From assembly GCA_026026165.1 (NCBI GenBank), contig JAPEUD010000005.1:372001-436000 (forward strand): a stretch of DNA of 64,000 nt, given 5' to 3'. Shown one piece after another: positions 63,409 to 64,000 of the stretch. Position 1 is the first letter of the stretch, and each line of letters starts with the position of its first letter. The DNA is from Sarea resinae (Eukaryota). The notes beneath the pieces are model-generated. The model ran no database searches. It had not been told where the DNA came from and saw only the letters and a list, made by a program, of their open reading frames with translations. The position numbers were made by a program, and so were the translations under genes.

Positions 63409-64000
63409 GCATCGCTCTCAATCGAAGAGAGTGGACGCAAGGTGGGGGGGGGCGGGGGGAGGGGGGAAGGGGGCCAGAACCCAGCTACGCATATTTCCAG
63501 ACGTACTCCAGAAAACACGGACGGAAGTGAGTGAGTTATGGGTGCCGAGGACACCTCTAGAGGGAGCATGGGCGTTTCTCCTTCCCCCCTCACCAAGACG
63601 AAACCAGCAATCATTGGAGACTCTTCCCCTCCCTCCTCCCCCGGCCCCCTTTTTCTCCATTTCCTCTCCTTGGGAAGAGCAGAGGAGACCGGGCCTGTTT
63701 GTCTGTCTGCATTTGCATTTCTCAGGCGTTGCAAGAATCGAGAGGCGTTTCGCTTTTTTTTAAACAGAAATTCTTTCCCTATGTCTTTTTCCCCTTTTCC
63801 TTTTTCTTTTCTCTAAATCTCATGACTGAACTCCTCGAGCCGAGGAAGGGGGAGCATCTGTATCGCTGTACGCATACAAAAGAAGAGTCGATCAAGACCA
63901 CCGCGCGTACCAGAGAAGCAAAGTCGACTACGAAGTAAAGACAATCGGTAGATATGAATTTTAGATGAGAGGAAGTTTGAGTCAACTGAAGGGGTTCGGA

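Noticed and set aside
1..64000. Secondary-metabolite or other functional gene cluster; tRNA, snRNA or rRNA genes
   Set aside because: The genes are functionally unrelated housekeeping loci with no PKS/NRPS. I recognised no structured RNA gene by eye, and an Infernal or tRNAscan run is needed to exclude them.

Overview
Eukaryotic, intron-containing DNA from a filamentous ascomycete (Pezizomycotina-type GT..CTRAY..YAG introns, mostly 50-170 nt); the species cannot be fixed from the sequence. I traced 19 protein-coding genes exon by exon, almost all housekeeping or regulatory: a 5'-truncated PAP2/Aur1-like membrane protein, RanGAP, Nus1, Sec10, an uncharacterised protein, a lysophospholipid acyltransferase, a Yap/RsmA-like bZIP factor, Lrg1 LIM-RhoGAP, a tandem-UBC E2 enzyme, Erg26, Rim15, eIF3d, kinesin-3, HapB, a borealin-like protein, an APH/Aim9-like phosphotransferase, Rpn10, Trs23 and Rpb4. 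I recognised no tRNA, rRNA, CRISPR or transposase. The most notable observations are: (1) the phosphotransferase sits in a 2.9 kb segment bracketed by a 119-bp, ~86% identical direct repeat that looks like a duplicated borealin/rpn10 bidirectional promoter; (2) about 3 kb upstream of hapB is almost free of sense-strand ATG, implying a very long spliced 5' leader with a tiny uORF; (3) a possible intron-retention switch removes the Cys-containing C-terminus of the bZIP factor; (4) the 9-mer TACGGAGTA recurs in non-coding DNA; (5) there is a perfect 14-bp minisatellite. All identifications come from motif recognition by eye, not database searches, and coordinates and counts are manual.
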